Sequence record: PZ049338.1
Length of the DNA: 64,000 nt
Source of the DNA: a phage
Strand: one strand, 5' to 3'
Shown here: positions 21,076 through 30,105 of the stretch, one piece after another
Layout: each line of letters starts with the position of its first letter
Numbering within the stretch: the first letter of the stretch is position 1
Notes under the pieces: model-generated
Told to the model about the DNA's origin: nothing
What the model saw: the letters and a program-made list of their open reading frames with translations, nothing else
Databases searched by the model: none
Position numbers and translations under genes: made by a program

Positions 21076-21491
21076 TTAAGCATATAGCTACATGGGTTAA
21101 ACAAGTTGTATTTGGGGCTGGTATTGTGGCAGTCCTTGGTCTATTCCCACTAGGTTACAAATATGGGGTAGATTCTGAACACATTGCTCAACGAGCAGAG
21201 TATACCAAAGAACTTGAAACCTTAGTCAAACGTTATGACCAGACTCAAGGTATCTTATCAGCATTGGCTCAGGGTCAGCAAGTTTCATTGACCCTTTTAC
21301 GCACTAAACAGGATGGAGTGAAAAGTGACGTTAATAAGTACAATCAAAGCAGTAATGCTCGTATTTCTTGTCTTGATGATGAGTGGTTGCGGGTCTACAA
21401 CAACTCCATTACCGGAGATAAGCATAAATCCGGAAGCAAGGTTGATGGAAAGACCACAGGAAAGGTTAACACTGGAGATGGGAGCAAATAA
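21072..21491 (+). CDS. i-spanin (Rz-like), N-terminal TM anchor
   Basis: N-terminal hydrophobic helix then coiled periplasmic domain; ATGA overlap with upstream stop; contains embedded o-spanin ORF. Confidence 0.6.
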   Translation: MIKHIATWVKQVVFGAGIVAVLGLFPLGYKYGVDSEHIAQRAEYTKELETLVKRYDQTQGILSALAQGQQVSLTLLRTKQDGVKSDVNKYNQSSNARISCLDDEWLRVYNNSITGDKHKSGSKVDGKTTGKVNTGDGSK

Positions 21492-21603
21492 TGGTAATGC
21501 TCTTTCTGTTATCACTGAGAATAACATGATATGTGAAAGAGAGATTAATAAACTCACTGATTTGCAAGATTGGGTGGGGTTATTGAAACATGTGCCTAAA
21601 TAA
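21355..21603 (+). CDS. o-spanin (Rz1-like lipoprotein), overlapping i-spanin in a different frame
   Basis: Signal peptide ending in lipobox-like LMMSGC, mature Cys; classic overlapped Rz/Rz1 arrangement. Confidence 0.6.
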   Translation: MLVFLVLMMSGCGSTTTPLPEISINPEARLMERPQERLTLEMGANNGNALSVITENNMICEREINKLTDLQDWVGLLKHVPK

Positions 21604-21609
21604 GATATA

Positions 21610-21634
21610 GGGGAATATTAATTTCCCCTTTTTT
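21610..21634 (+). terminator. Rho-independent terminator ending the late block
   Basis: GGGGAA-tattaat-TTCCCC followed by TTTTTT. Confidence 0.6.
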
Positions 21635-21676
21635 CTTAAAAGTTTGTAAGATAATTAGAAATGTTAAGTAGAATTA

Positions 21677-21698
21677 CTCTTTATATATGTGGATTAAC
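21677..21698 (-). promoter_or_regulatory. Copy A of conserved 22-bp promoter-like motif, pointing leftward into the 21610-21634 hairpin
   Basis: Reverse complement reads GTTAATCCACATATATAAAGAG. Confidence 0.3.
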
Positions 21699-21831
21699 TC
21701 CACCCTATATAATAATAAAGACTGAGGTTAATTATCAGTGAAATAATAACTAGAACCAGTGGAATCATCCAATTGTCAAGAAAATTAAGTATTGACAGTG
21801 CTATCTTGTTCATACTTTGTAATCCACTCCT

Positions 21832-22551
21832 CTATCGTTGGGGGGGTTTAACTTTCTCGATAGCTGCTCTAAAGATTGCAGCACGGTGGAGTTTATCAGA
21901 TATTTCCGGAGAACGTAACTTAGTCTTTGGAACAATAATTGAGACATAAGCACTATCAGCAGAATCGAAAGGATATTGACTAATTGCCCTAACATCTAAA
22001 GCCCTCAAACCATGAATCTTCACAGGATATTTCTTTGTGATGTAAATGTGCTTGAAAACCTCGTCCATTCGCTCTCTCCAAGCCGGGGAGCGTATAGAAC
22101 GGTGTCTACCAACACAACCTATGGCTACACGTTCAAACCTCTCACACAGCCTCTCAAGACGTTCTAGAGACCCTTCGGAGTGCCATACAGGTACTGCCTT
22201 GCTTAGTAGGTGTTCTGGTAACTTCGCTAGGAGCGCGTCGTTTTCTTCATCAGTGCCGCCAATAACGTCAGGTACAATAAACCACCCGATACGAGCATAA
22301 AGAGACTCAACCCACTTATAATACTTATTCCAATGTTTATCCCAGTCAACTATCTCACCTTTACGATTCGATTTCATCCAAACAGAGAAAGCACCATTAT
22401 CAAGAATCAAGTCACAATCTAATTGAACTATACGCTTAATCTGGTCAGGGCGATGGAAAGAAACAAGGGCTCCACCTCCACGGTAGAGTGCCTTGATTAG
22501 CTCATCACCTTCACCACCCCAAATAGGGCCACCATGAAAGTGTATTGTCAT
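21832..22551 (-). CDS. Hypothetical protein (239 aa)
   Basis: First gene of leftward block; no confident domain assignment. Confidence 0.4.
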   Translation of the reverse strand: MTIHFHGGPIWGGEGDELIKALYRGGGALVSFHRPDQIKRIVQLDCDLILDNGAFSVWMKSNRKGEIVDWDKHWNKYYKWVESLYARIGWFIVPDVIGGTDEENDALLAKLPEHLLSKAVPVWHSEGSLERLERLCERFERVAIGCVGRHRSIRSPAWRERMDEVFKHIYITKKYPVKIHGLRALDVRAISQYPFDSADSAYVSIIVPKTKLRSPEISDKLHRAAIFRAAIEKVKPPQR

Positions 22552-23024
22552 TTTCGTTCCTGTAATAGTTTACGGAGCCTATCAAACTCAGCAAGCATCC
22601 AACCATATTGAGGTTGGTTAATTACTGTAGCATTATTAGGTTGTCCATAATAATAGTAATGCTCAAATGGCAATGTAGATTCAGAAAGCAAGATGCGGAT
22701 ATCCCGATGCTGTCTCAGTTTACAACGAATAGCTGCAAGGATAACTTCCTGATGCTCAAGCTCCATATTACCTCTGGTGTCAATACGGAACTCTTTAACA
22801 GTTTTACCAATACGTTTGGAGCCATGACCAGATGCCAGTCTGAATTCATCAAACTGACAACCAGTTAAGTAGTAATGCCAGAAGCCTTCCATTGAACGGA
22901 ATGAACCATATCCATCAACAATGAAGTCTCTGTCGTACAAGTTAGAAAGCATTCTACCAAGTTCAGTGTGACCTCTTGAGTAGATATTGATGTGCTCAAC
23001 ACCATCCAATGTGGGGTTTATCAA
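22548..23024 (-). CDS. Hypothetical protein (158 aa)
   Basis: ORF coupled to neighbours; weak resemblance to NADAR/YbiA-type fold only. Confidence 0.35.
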   Translation of the reverse strand: MINPTLDGVEHINIYSRGHTELGRMLSNLYDRDFIVDGYGSFRSMEGFWHYYLTGCQFDEFRLASGHGSKRIGKTVKEFRIDTRGNMELEHQEVILAAIRCKLRQHRDIRILLSESTLPFEHYYYYGQPNNATVINQPQYGWMLAEFDRLRKLLQERK

Positions 23025-23269
23025 AACGGAATATCCTCTTCTAACTGTCTACGAACCTCAGCCTCTGACATTTCAACACAGACAGGGCAATACCACTGAT
23101 TGTTGAGAACCGTTCCCCAGCCGCTTGCTACGGCCCCTGTTGTGGTTCGTATGCCACATGGACAAGGGACTAAGCCCTCGTCGTCAAGAATAAGTTTAGA
23201 TTTAGTTTTAGCCACCAAATAACTCCTTCGCCTGCTGTTTAAACTTCGCAACTTCTTCCGGGTTGTCAC
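23021..23269 (-). CDS. Small basic zinc-ribbon protein ending in SSB-like tail EEDIPF
   Basis: CPC...CPVC motif; C-terminus LEEDIPF resembles E. coli SSB tip DDDIPF. Confidence 0.4.
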   Translation of the reverse strand: MTTRKKLRSLNSRRRSYLVAKTKSKLILDDEGLVPCPCGIRTTTGAVASGWGTVLNNQWYCPVCVEMSEAEVRRQLEEDIPF

Positions 23270-23777
23270 AGTAGTTTAAGTCAGCTTCAAGTAATGCGTA
23301 ATGGATAACTTTCAAAAGATCTTGAAGACCATTCTTATCTTTGTGCCGGTATGCATACTTAATCATATTGCACTGTTGAAAATTTAACTGAGGATTTGCG
23401 TTGTAGAATTCAATTGGCTGAATACGCCCACTACCTGCTTGATAGTGAGAACCACCAACCATAGTGCTTAATGAATTACCCTTAGATGCCATCGCTAATT
23501 GCTCCGTGTGGTCATGTGAATAGTCTACTGGGGCAGTTTTATGTCCAGTAAGCATTGGTACGCAAATGTGGACTTCATTACGCTTACCCACATCAATTGC
23601 CTTTCTTTCATTACTTAATTCATACCCTGTCATTTGGGCTAGGTTATGAAGTTGGTCAGACACTATCTCATACATCTTTCTAAAAGCTTTGGCAGATAAG
23701 GATGCTTCCTCGTATTTTCGGCTTAATACCTGAAGTTCCGCCTCAGTCTCGAAGTGATTAATCATCGTCTTCATCAT
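23208..23777 (-). CDS. Hypothetical protein (189 aa); weak DUF3310-like resemblance
   Basis: GGSHY...IQPIEF motif region; assignment from memory only. Confidence 0.35.
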   Translation of the reverse strand: MMKTMINHFETEAELQVLSRKYEEASLSAKAFRKMYEIVSDQLHNLAQMTGYELSNERKAIDVGKRNEVHICVPMLTGHKTAPVDYSHDHTEQLAMASKGNSLSTMVGGSHYQAGSGRIQPIEFYNANPQLNFQQCNMIKYAYRHKDKNGLQDLLKVIHYALLEADLNYCDNPEEVAKFKQQAKELFGG

Positions 23778-23863
23778 CCTCAGATTTCTTAATCATAATC
23801 ATCATGCCCATTAATAGTAACATGAAAGCCAATACAAACAAATCACTAACAAATAAAGACGGG

Positions 23864-24208
23864 TTAGTAAACATAACAAGGTTTTCCTAATCGTTTCATC
23901 TCTGAAATCATATGCTTAGTCCCTTTGGACTCACCATCCCACATAATAATCGCTTGGTCGGCGTAGAGAGCCATCTTTGCATTGCGCAAGTGACCAGCCT
24001 TTTTACCATGTATGTGCCATTCGGCTGGGAATCGTTTAACTGGAGCACGACAACGAGCAGCTATACGCTCGCCATGTTGGTCTGGCCCTCGGGCTGTACC
24101 TGATACTACTTCGGTAATAGTCCTGCGGATATCCTTAGGAATCTGATTCCATTGAACCACAAACTCCTCCCAAGTTATATCACGACTTCCGGCAATGATA
24201 GTCTTCAT
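23864..24208 (-). CDS. SLOG/DUF2493-like (YspA-type) small protein
   Basis: IIAGSRD...MWDGESKGT pattern of the DprA/LOG-like SLOG superfamily. Confidence 0.45.
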   Translation of the reverse strand: MKTIIAGSRDITWEEFVVQWNQIPKDIRRTITEVVSGTARGPDQHGERIAARCRAPVKRFPAEWHIHGKKAGHLRNAKMALYADQAIIMWDGESKGTKHMISEMKRLGKPCYVY

Positions 24209-24209
24209 G

Positions 24210-24419
24210 TCAGAGTCCTTCTACGGTCTTACCTATTACGAAAACCTCTTCATCTGGGAAACGAGCTAAGTAACGCTGACCTGCTTCTTCAGCAGCCTCA
24301 GTTGTTGAGTGAACACTCTCACAGAACCATTCCCACTGACAGTAAGGGCTATCACTATATGTAGTAGCCATCAAAATAAATACCATCATATTAAAACCTG
24401 CTAGATAAGTCAGCACCAT
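24210..24419 (-). CDS. Hypothetical protein (69 aa)
   Basis: ORF in operon context. Confidence 0.3.
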   Translation of the reverse strand: MVLTYLAGFNMMVFILMATTYSDSPYCQWEWFCESVHSTTEAAEEAGQRYLARFPDEEVFVIGKTVEGL

Positions 24420-24831
24420 GTGCCGATATACGCTTATACTTCAGCGTCATTTCATAAGTAGAGGTTGCTTTTGTATATGCAATCCACTCTACACCCAATT
24501 CCATTGCAACTTCACGCATCCAACGATAACCACCCACGAGAGCACGCCTGTTAGCGTCTGTGGAGAACGCAACTAGTACAGACATACAATCACCTACATG
24601 CATATCAACTTCTCGGTAGAAGGCCATTGAGGCCACTATATTGCCATCATCACCGAACACTACATACTCATACCGGTTCATACTTTCAATGAGTATTTTT
24701 GTATTATAGTAGAACTCGAATGACTCTCGATGCTGGAAAAGGGGCTGACCAGCCCACACAACACCAGCAAATCTTGGAGAGAATCCTGCTGTGGGGCTGT
24801 TTGGCCCCTTAATGTATTTATGTACAGGCAT
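24391..24831 (-). CDS. Hypothetical protein (146 aa)
   Basis: ORF in operon context. Confidence 0.35.
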   Translation of the reverse strand: MPVHKYIKGPNSPTAGFSPRFAGVVWAGQPLFQHRESFEFYYNTKILIESMNRYEYVVFGDDGNIVASMAFYREVDMHVGDCMSVLVAFSTDANRRALVGGYRWMREVAMELGVEWIAYTKATSTYEMTLKYKRISAHGADLSSRF

Positions 24832-24845
24832 GGTCAGTTCCTTAA

Positions 24846-25100
24846 TTAATCACAACTAGAGCTAGAGCCAGAGTCACAGCTAGAACTACCACTGTCGTAA
24901 TTATCACTAGATGTTGCGATTGTAGTGGAAGTGGAGATACCTGCATCATCAGAAGTTACAGTTGCACGCTTAGTTGTCTTCTTAGCTACAACCTTCTTAT
25001 CTTCAGGGGTAGGGATGGTGCCATAACGAATCTTCTCGTTACAACGCATCAGTTCAAACATATTGCTATGAGTTTCTTTACCACATGCTACACAAGTCAT
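24846..25100 (-). CDS. Hypothetical protein (84 aa), Ser-rich C-terminus
   Basis: ORF in operon context. Confidence 0.3.
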   Translation of the reverse strand: MTCVACGKETHSNMFELMRCNEKIRYGTIPTPEDKKVVAKKTTKRATVTSDDAGISTSTTIATSSDNYDSGSSSCDSGSSSSCD

Positions 25101-25369
25101 TAATGTGCTCCTATAAAAGATTTATTTGAGATACTAGTTGGGCCGGTACAGTAATGAGAACCTGTAAAGTAACCACCACAAATTTGACAAGTGTAATCCA
25201 TGCTGGAGAACGGTTGTCCTGTGTTATTTACTGGAATCACTTCGCCATTACGGCCACGATTTGCTCGTACAAACCGCTTTGCAGCGGCAAGTAGAACATC
25301 ATAACCCATCTCTGGGCTTAATCCTTCAGACACAGCGATTGCTCGCTCTAACTGGGATAGTGTGTACAT
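25100..25369 (-). CDS. Hypothetical Cys-containing protein; start uncertain (25369 to 25537)
   Basis: Longest ORF overlaps ligase 3' end by 158 nt; an internal Met at ~25369 avoids the overlap. Confidence 0.3.
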   Translation of the reverse strand: MYTLSQLERAIAVSEGLSPEMGYDVLLAAAKRFVRANRGRNGEVIPVNNTGQPFSSMDYTCQICGGYFTGSHYCTGPTSISNKSFIGAH

Positions 25370-25379
25370 TTCATATACT

Positions 25380-26471
25380 TTATTCAATTGGATTTCCTTC
25401 TGCATCACATTCGCGGACGTAGAGTCCGACAGGGAACTGTGGTAAGCCATCGTTAGTGAGGGCTTGGTATTTGTAGGTAATCCATTTACCAAGGAGTTTA
25501 ACTTGGCTATCATATTTCCGAAAATCATGTCCACCACGCATTTTACACTTGAAGTAATTCTTAGTACCCTTCATCTGGCAGACGAGTACACCCTCTTCAT
25601 TAAGGTCTTTCTCAACGTGTGTTACGAATGCCTCAGCATCCTGCATTAACTTCCACTTCTGTAAGTTATGAGAGCGATGATTGAACTCGTAAAGACCATT
25701 CACATTACGAAGCATCATACCTTCATATCCATCATTAATGAATCTGTTCAGTAGAATCTGAGCAGAGATTTCATTATTGACTAAGATGTTAGGTACAACC
25801 TTGATGAACTGAGTTCTTACTTTAGTAACATCAGCAAGCATGTCATGTCGTGTTTCCCAAGTCACATCTGACACTGGAATATCAAACACATGGAACTCAA
25901 GTCGTGATGTATCTTTGTTAGGCTTCTTAGCCGCACTGACGATGTTTTGAAGAGGTAGTCCGTGGATGTACAACTCACCATCCAGCTTAGTGAATCCTGT
26001 CCGTTCAGATACGTCAATGATTTCTTTCTTTAAATGCTCATGGCAGTCATATGTCTTACCGCCTCGGCTATGGAGGATAACCCCTTCATGAGTGATCTCA
26101 GCAATGCATCGAAGCCCGTCAAGCTTAGGAGAAACGTAGCAAGGCCAACTAATACGATGTCCCACTTTTGTATAATCGTGGGCCAACATGGGGAGGATTT
26201 CTCCGACACCCATCGCTTCCTCAACAGTGGGTCGGTAGCATTTATCGATTTGTTTGTTGTATTTTGATTCAGCTTCCAACAGAGCTTGTTCTTGTGCTGT
26301 CGTTTCATTTGCACGTCCTACATTCTTAGGCTTAGCAACAGTCTCCTTGATTTGCATCTTACCACCAAGACGACCATGTGTGACAATAACAGTATCATCA
26401 GAGACTCCGACAGTCCAAATCTTAATGTTACCCTTCTTGTCCTTAGCAAACAACTCTTTACAATAAACCAT
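25380..26471 (-). CDS. ATP-dependent DNA ligase
   Basis: Adenylation motif I KLDGLR; ATG at 26471 with AAGGA SD; track start 26477 is TTG. Confidence 0.8.
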   Translation of the reverse strand: MVYCKELFAKDKKGNIKIWTVGVSDDTVIVTHGRLGGKMQIKETVAKPKNVGRANETTAQEQALLEAESKYNKQIDKCYRPTVEEAMGVGEILPMLAHDYTKVGHRISWPCYVSPKLDGLRCIAEITHEGVILHSRGGKTYDCHEHLKKEIIDVSERTGFTKLDGELYIHGLPLQNIVSAAKKPNKDTSRLEFHVFDIPVSDVTWETRHDMLADVTKVRTQFIKVVPNILVNNEISAQILLNRFINDGYEGMMLRNVNGLYEFNHRSHNLQKWKLMQDAEAFVTHVEKDLNEEGVLVCQMKGTKNYFKCKMRGGHDFRKYDSQVKLLGKWITYKYQALTNDGLPQFPVGLYVRECDAEGNPIE

Positions 26472-26489
26472 TCTCAATCCTTAGAGACG

Positions 26490-26511
26490 AAAAAGGCACC
26501 CGAAGGTGCCC
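26490..26511 (-). terminator. Rho-independent terminator (UUCG tetraloop) upstream of ligase
   Basis: On - strand GGGCACC-TTCG-GGTGCC followed by TTTTT. Confidence 0.5.
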
Positions 26512-26518
26512 TCTTAAA

Positions 26519-26989
26519 TTACAGGTTTTTAGTTGCACGCATAACTGCTGCAATGTTGGCGATATCTGTAGCTGACACAGAATCAAGGCCAAGTTCCTGG
26601 ATAACTTTCACAACATCCTTTGGGTCAATGTCGTCAGCCTCATCCACTGCAATCGAGCCTTCCACTTGAGCATTTTCACGAGGCTCTTCAAGATTGCCTT
26701 CACGAACCAGAGTACCATCAGAAAGGTCAGTAACGTCTTCAACATCCGTGGTATCAAGTGCATCATAGTCATTCACCGTAGCTTCTTTACCCTTGAACTC
26801 AAATACATCAGAACCTGAAGCTACAAGAGCACTCTCATAGGATGCTCGGGTCGTCTCCAATGTCTGGCCGCTCGTCATCGTAATATACACTGTCGAGTTC
26901 TGTGCAAAGCTCACCGCTTCCACTTTCTCCATGTTCACAAATACTTCCCGATTCGCATTCGCTAACGTCACTTGATAAAACTTCGCCAT
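26519..26989 (-). CDS. Acidic protein (156 aa)
   Basis: Good SD (TAAGGA); start overlaps 3' end of exonuclease gene by ~155 nt; D/E-rich C-terminal half. Confidence 0.45.
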   Translation of the reverse strand: MAKFYQVTLANANREVFVNMEKVEAVSFAQNSTVYITMTSGQTLETTRASYESALVASGSDVFEFKGKEATVNDYDALDTTDVEDVTDLSDGTLVREGNLEEPRENAQVEGSIAVDEADDIDPKDVVKVIQELGLDSVSATDIANIAAVMRATKNL

Positions 26990-27806
26990 TATTTGTATCC
27001 TTACTTAGTTCATAATCTAACCAGTCCCAGCTAAACAGGTTGTCTGCTGTTTGACCGATGTATAGTAAACGTGCTTGTTCAAGCATAACTTCTTCGTAAT
27101 TCTCACCAAATACCTTTTTGTATTCAGCGGAAACCACATCAAACATTTCCCTCACAGTAGTAAGACCATCCAACAACTTGATAGCTGTTGCCTCACCAAC
27201 GCCTTTACGACGCAGTTGAAGTTTACCACCCCACATGACTTCTTTTCGAATACCACATCCGGGAATGTTATCGGTATTGTCTCCAGTCAGCATTTGCTGA
27301 AAGAAGAATAATTTAGATTCGAACTCTGGAACCCAATGTTTCAGAACTTCTGGTTGTCTATCACCACAAGCCCATCTATAATGCCAACCAAAACAAGTCC
27401 ACATGTCCTTGTCACGAGTAGCAATCAGTGTATTCTCAGGGTCATTACGCTGCTCTATTGCCATCCAGTCGTCAGCCTCAATACCATCCACAATGATGTG
27501 GTTATAATATTTGACTATATGCTTCTCAACTGTTTCGTAATGGAAAGGCCTCGCTGTGTTTGGGTCACGATTACCCTTGTACTCCTGCTGAACAGCAACC
27601 TCATTTCTGAAATTACCTTTACCAGACAATGCACAAATGTAACTGTCTCCCTTGTTAATCTTAATGACATGACGTATTAAATCATCTACAAGCTTAACAA
27701 TCTCTGTCTCGGGTGCCGGTATATACTCACCCTTAATGTAAGGATGAGCAGCTTTAATAGCACCAATCTGATACCGAAGAATGTCAGCGTCAATCAGTAT
27801 ACGCAT
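26835..27806 (-). CDS. 5'-3' exonuclease / flap endonuclease (T7 gp6-like)
   Basis: MRILIDADIL N-terminus, EADDWM and LTGDNTDNIPG motifs resembling T7 gene 6 exonuclease. Confidence 0.8.
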   Translation of the reverse strand: MRILIDADILRYQIGAIKAAHPYIKGEYIPAPETEIVKLVDDLIRHVIKINKGDSYICALSGKGNFRNEVAVQQEYKGNRDPNTARPFHYETVEKHIVKYYNHIIVDGIEADDWMAIEQRNDPENTLIATRDKDMWTCFGWHYRWACGDRQPEVLKHWVPEFESKLFFFQQMLTGDNTDNIPGCGIRKEVMWGGKLQLRRKGVGEATAIKLLDGLTTVREMFDVVSAEYKKVFGENYEEVMLEQARLLYIGQTADNLFSWDWLDYELSKDTNNGEVLSSDVSECESGSICEHGESGSGELCTELDSVYYDDERPDIGDDPSIL

Positions 27807-27994
27807 TAGTTCTTCTCGTCAAATTGCTTAAGGGCACCGACTAGAGCATCAGCTTTAAACTTAGCTGTTGGTAGAGAAGGTTCTTCAACCTCCCGAACAT
27901 TGGTAGTCTTGTTTGTGATGTTGTACCAGCGCAATCCTTCATCCACTGTTACAACATACTTGTCATTCTCATAAACAACATTATCCATCGTCAC
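27806..27994 (-). CDS. Hypothetical protein (62 aa)
   Basis: ORF between sigma factor and exonuclease genes. Confidence 0.3.
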   Translation of the reverse strand: MTMDNVVYENDKYVVTVDEGLRWYNITNKTTNVREVEEPSLPTAKFKADALVGALKQFDEKN

Positions 27995-27997
27995 TCC

Positions 27998-28567
27998 TTA
28001 ACTCTGGAAGTTTACTGATTCTCTGTCAATGTTAGCGACTAATTGACTTCGAATACGATGGAGACTGACGTAAATGTTATTTGAAGACATGCCATACTTA
28101 TTGGCAACATCTTTAGTCGTGAGGTTCTTCAGGTAAACATCGGTGAACAATTCACGTTCTGATTCCTTAAGAGTCTCAAAAGCTCTCTGAACAAACGAGG
28201 AAGCTTCATCGGCTAGTAACTCACGAACAGGGTCAGTTAACCCATTATCATGGCATTCAAATTCGAGGACATTATCGTACATCTCCGTATCAACTCTGTC
28301 GAACTCTCGGCGTACATAACCATAACGAACATTGTTCGCAATAGTACCTATAACACCGCCTAACTTATCCCACTGGATTCTGTCCCAATACTGCCAAATC
28401 CTTAGCAGAGTTTCTTGAGCCAAATCTTCAGCCAGATGGTAATCTTTTTCCATGTAGTAGAATTGTTTCTGGAGAGGTTTCCAGAACTCTTCGTACAACT
28501 CTTCAAAAGTATATGTTTCTCGTTTTGGAGTAGGGGCACTAATTCTCTTAGCCATCATACATTCCAT
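27998..28567 (-). CDS. Phage-encoded sigma-70 family (ECF-like) sigma factor
   Basis: Region-2-like DLAQETLLRIWQYW and region-4 HTH LTTKDVANKYGMSSNNIYVSLHRIRSQL. Confidence 0.7.
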   Translation of the reverse strand: MECMMAKRISAPTPKRETYTFEELYEEFWKPLQKQFYYMEKDYHLAEDLAQETLLRIWQYWDRIQWDKLGGVIGTIANNVRYGYVRREFDRVDTEMYDNVLEFECHDNGLTDPVRELLADEASSFVQRAFETLKESERELFTDVYLKNLTTKDVANKYGMSSNNIYVSLHRIRSQLVANIDRESVNFQS

Positions 28568-28575
28568 GTACTGAT

Positions 28576-28599
28576 GAAAGAAAACCCCTCCGAAGAGGG
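28576..28599 (-). terminator. UUCG-tetraloop hairpin plus U-tract immediately upstream of sigma gene (terminator/attenuator)
   Basis: On - strand CCCCTC-TTCG-GAGGGG followed by TTTTCTTTC, ends 9 nt before sigma ATG. Confidence 0.5.
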
Positions 28600-28796
28600 G
28601 CTAAGTTTCAAGCCGCACTTAAGGTAGCGAATCACCTTTACAAACAGCCTCTATCTGTTGCACACCGTTAGCATTAAGGTTCCGGGTTCTATATTATCGA
28701 GGATAAAGTATATGCTGATGGACATATAGGCCATAGGTTATCTCCCAATTAGCCATCACCTTGGGGTAACATGCCCTTGCCGCTGTTTGAATTTAA

Positions 28797-29570
28797 TTAG
28801 AACGGGCAATCGTCGTCAAAATCCAGACCTTCATCTGGTTTATTGGTCGGCTTATTGTTACCGTACTTCTGTTCTTCACGAGTAGTGGTATTCTTTGGCT
28901 TTTCACCATCACCACTGTCGGCAATTGGTTCTTTGCCTGCATACGGAATGTGTTGTGCATCTTTAGCTTCTGCAATCACATCACGCTGGAATTTGTAAAG
29001 CTTGGAGTATGCTTGCAGCATCTCAGGGGTATCAATGTAAGGGTTATATGCTACCAGTTCTGAACGTGCTTCACCAACTTTGGACTTGTTTCGAGAAGAA
29101 ACAGCACCAATGGAAGTCACTTTGTTACGCTTCACACCTTTCTTCGTGGTATAAGAACCAACACCGATTGAAACAACTTCATTCAGGCGTTCCATGAACC
29201 ACTCGAGATTACGAGGAACTTCGGTAATAGTTGGGTCAATTGCTTTACAGAGGTCGAATACACCACCACGTTTAGCACCGGGGAAGAGGTAGAAGTCTTT
29301 GAACTGACAGGAAGGGCGAGGGTCGATAGGCTTACCGACTTTATCTTCTTCACCTTCGTATGTGCGACCAGTTGCGTCAACGTCAATAAGTTCAAAAGCA
29401 ATGGTACACTTGAATGCGGGAGCTTTCGCTTCACCTTGCCAATCTGGTTGAGGCTGAACACCTAAGCCAACAAAGCGAACGATACGTGCGTCGAATACAT
29501 CATCTTCAATCGCGTCGTATACAGTGAAAGATTTTTTAGAAGTGGAAGTAGATGGAATAGCAGTAGTCAT
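28797..29570 (-). CDS. ssb: Single-stranded DNA-binding protein with acidic C-terminal tail
   Basis: C-terminus DFDDDCPF matches the SSB-Ct paradigm (E. coli DFDDDIPF); position in replication module. Confidence 0.65.
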   Translation of the reverse strand: MTTAIPSTSTSKKSFTVYDAIEDDVFDARIVRFVGLGVQPQPDWQGEAKAPAFKCTIAFELIDVDATGRTYEGEEDKVGKPIDPRPSCQFKDFYLFPGAKRGGVFDLCKAIDPTITEVPRNLEWFMERLNEVVSIGVGSYTTKKGVKRNKVTSIGAVSSRNKSKVGEARSELVAYNPYIDTPEMLQAYSKLYKFQRDVIAEAKDAQHIPYAGKEPIADSGDGEKPKNTTTREEQKYGNNKPTNKPDEGLDFDDDCPF

Positions 29571-29665
29571 TATTTAATATCCTTATTAATTAATCTCAAT
29601 GTTGAGAGAACTGTTTATATCTCTCGCTCAGTTGTATATAGATTAGTGTAAGATAACTGAAAATC

Positions 29666-30097
29666 TTACATACTTTCTTGCATTATTTGAGAGCGACTAA
29701 CACCATCAAAGTAACAAAAATCGCCCACAATATTGCTATTAATATGGTATACTTCATTGAGGTTCTCACCTGTACGCTTGTGATAGTGATGGCAGATAGC
29801 TTTGTGAGCACAAATCAACCGACTCATGAACGCATACACATGGCTCCTGCCGTATGTACGACCATCCACTGTAGATGATTTCGTATTCACAAACCTGTCA
29901 ACAGCGTCATACTCTATCACTGGTAACATTCTTAGTGCAACAAATAGTGCATTGGTTGATGAAGGGCGGGAATGTCCCGAGTTCGCCGCCCCGTATAACA
30001 CATCCTGCAACCAACCACTAAGTTCATGGAGTTCATCAAAGTTAGAAAACAGGGACTGAATACAATGATTATCTAAATGGACTGTAGGACGTGACAT
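29666..30097 (-). CDS. Hypothetical protein (143 aa), His/Cys-rich
   Basis: ORF in operon context. Confidence 0.35.
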   Translation of the reverse strand: MSRPTVHLDNHCIQSLFSNFDELHELSGWLQDVLYGAANSGHSRPSSTNALFVALRMLPVIEYDAVDRFVNTKSSTVDGRTYGRSHVYAFMSRLICAHKAICHHYHKRTGENLNEVYHINSNIVGDFCYFDGVSRSQIMQESM

Positions 30098-30105
30098 TCT
30101 AAACC

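Noticed and set aside
21792-21825. Sigma70-like TTGACA...TACTTT promoter on + strand
   Set aside because: It would fire antisense into the leftward gene block; spacing is suboptimal; likely chance.
21832-23024. 7-deazaguanine (DpdA/queuosine-type) DNA-modification genes
   Set aside because: Considered for the 239-aa and 158-aa ORFs, but no QueC PP-loop, QueD or radical-SAM CxxxCxxC signatures are present and there are no TGT zinc-site motifs.
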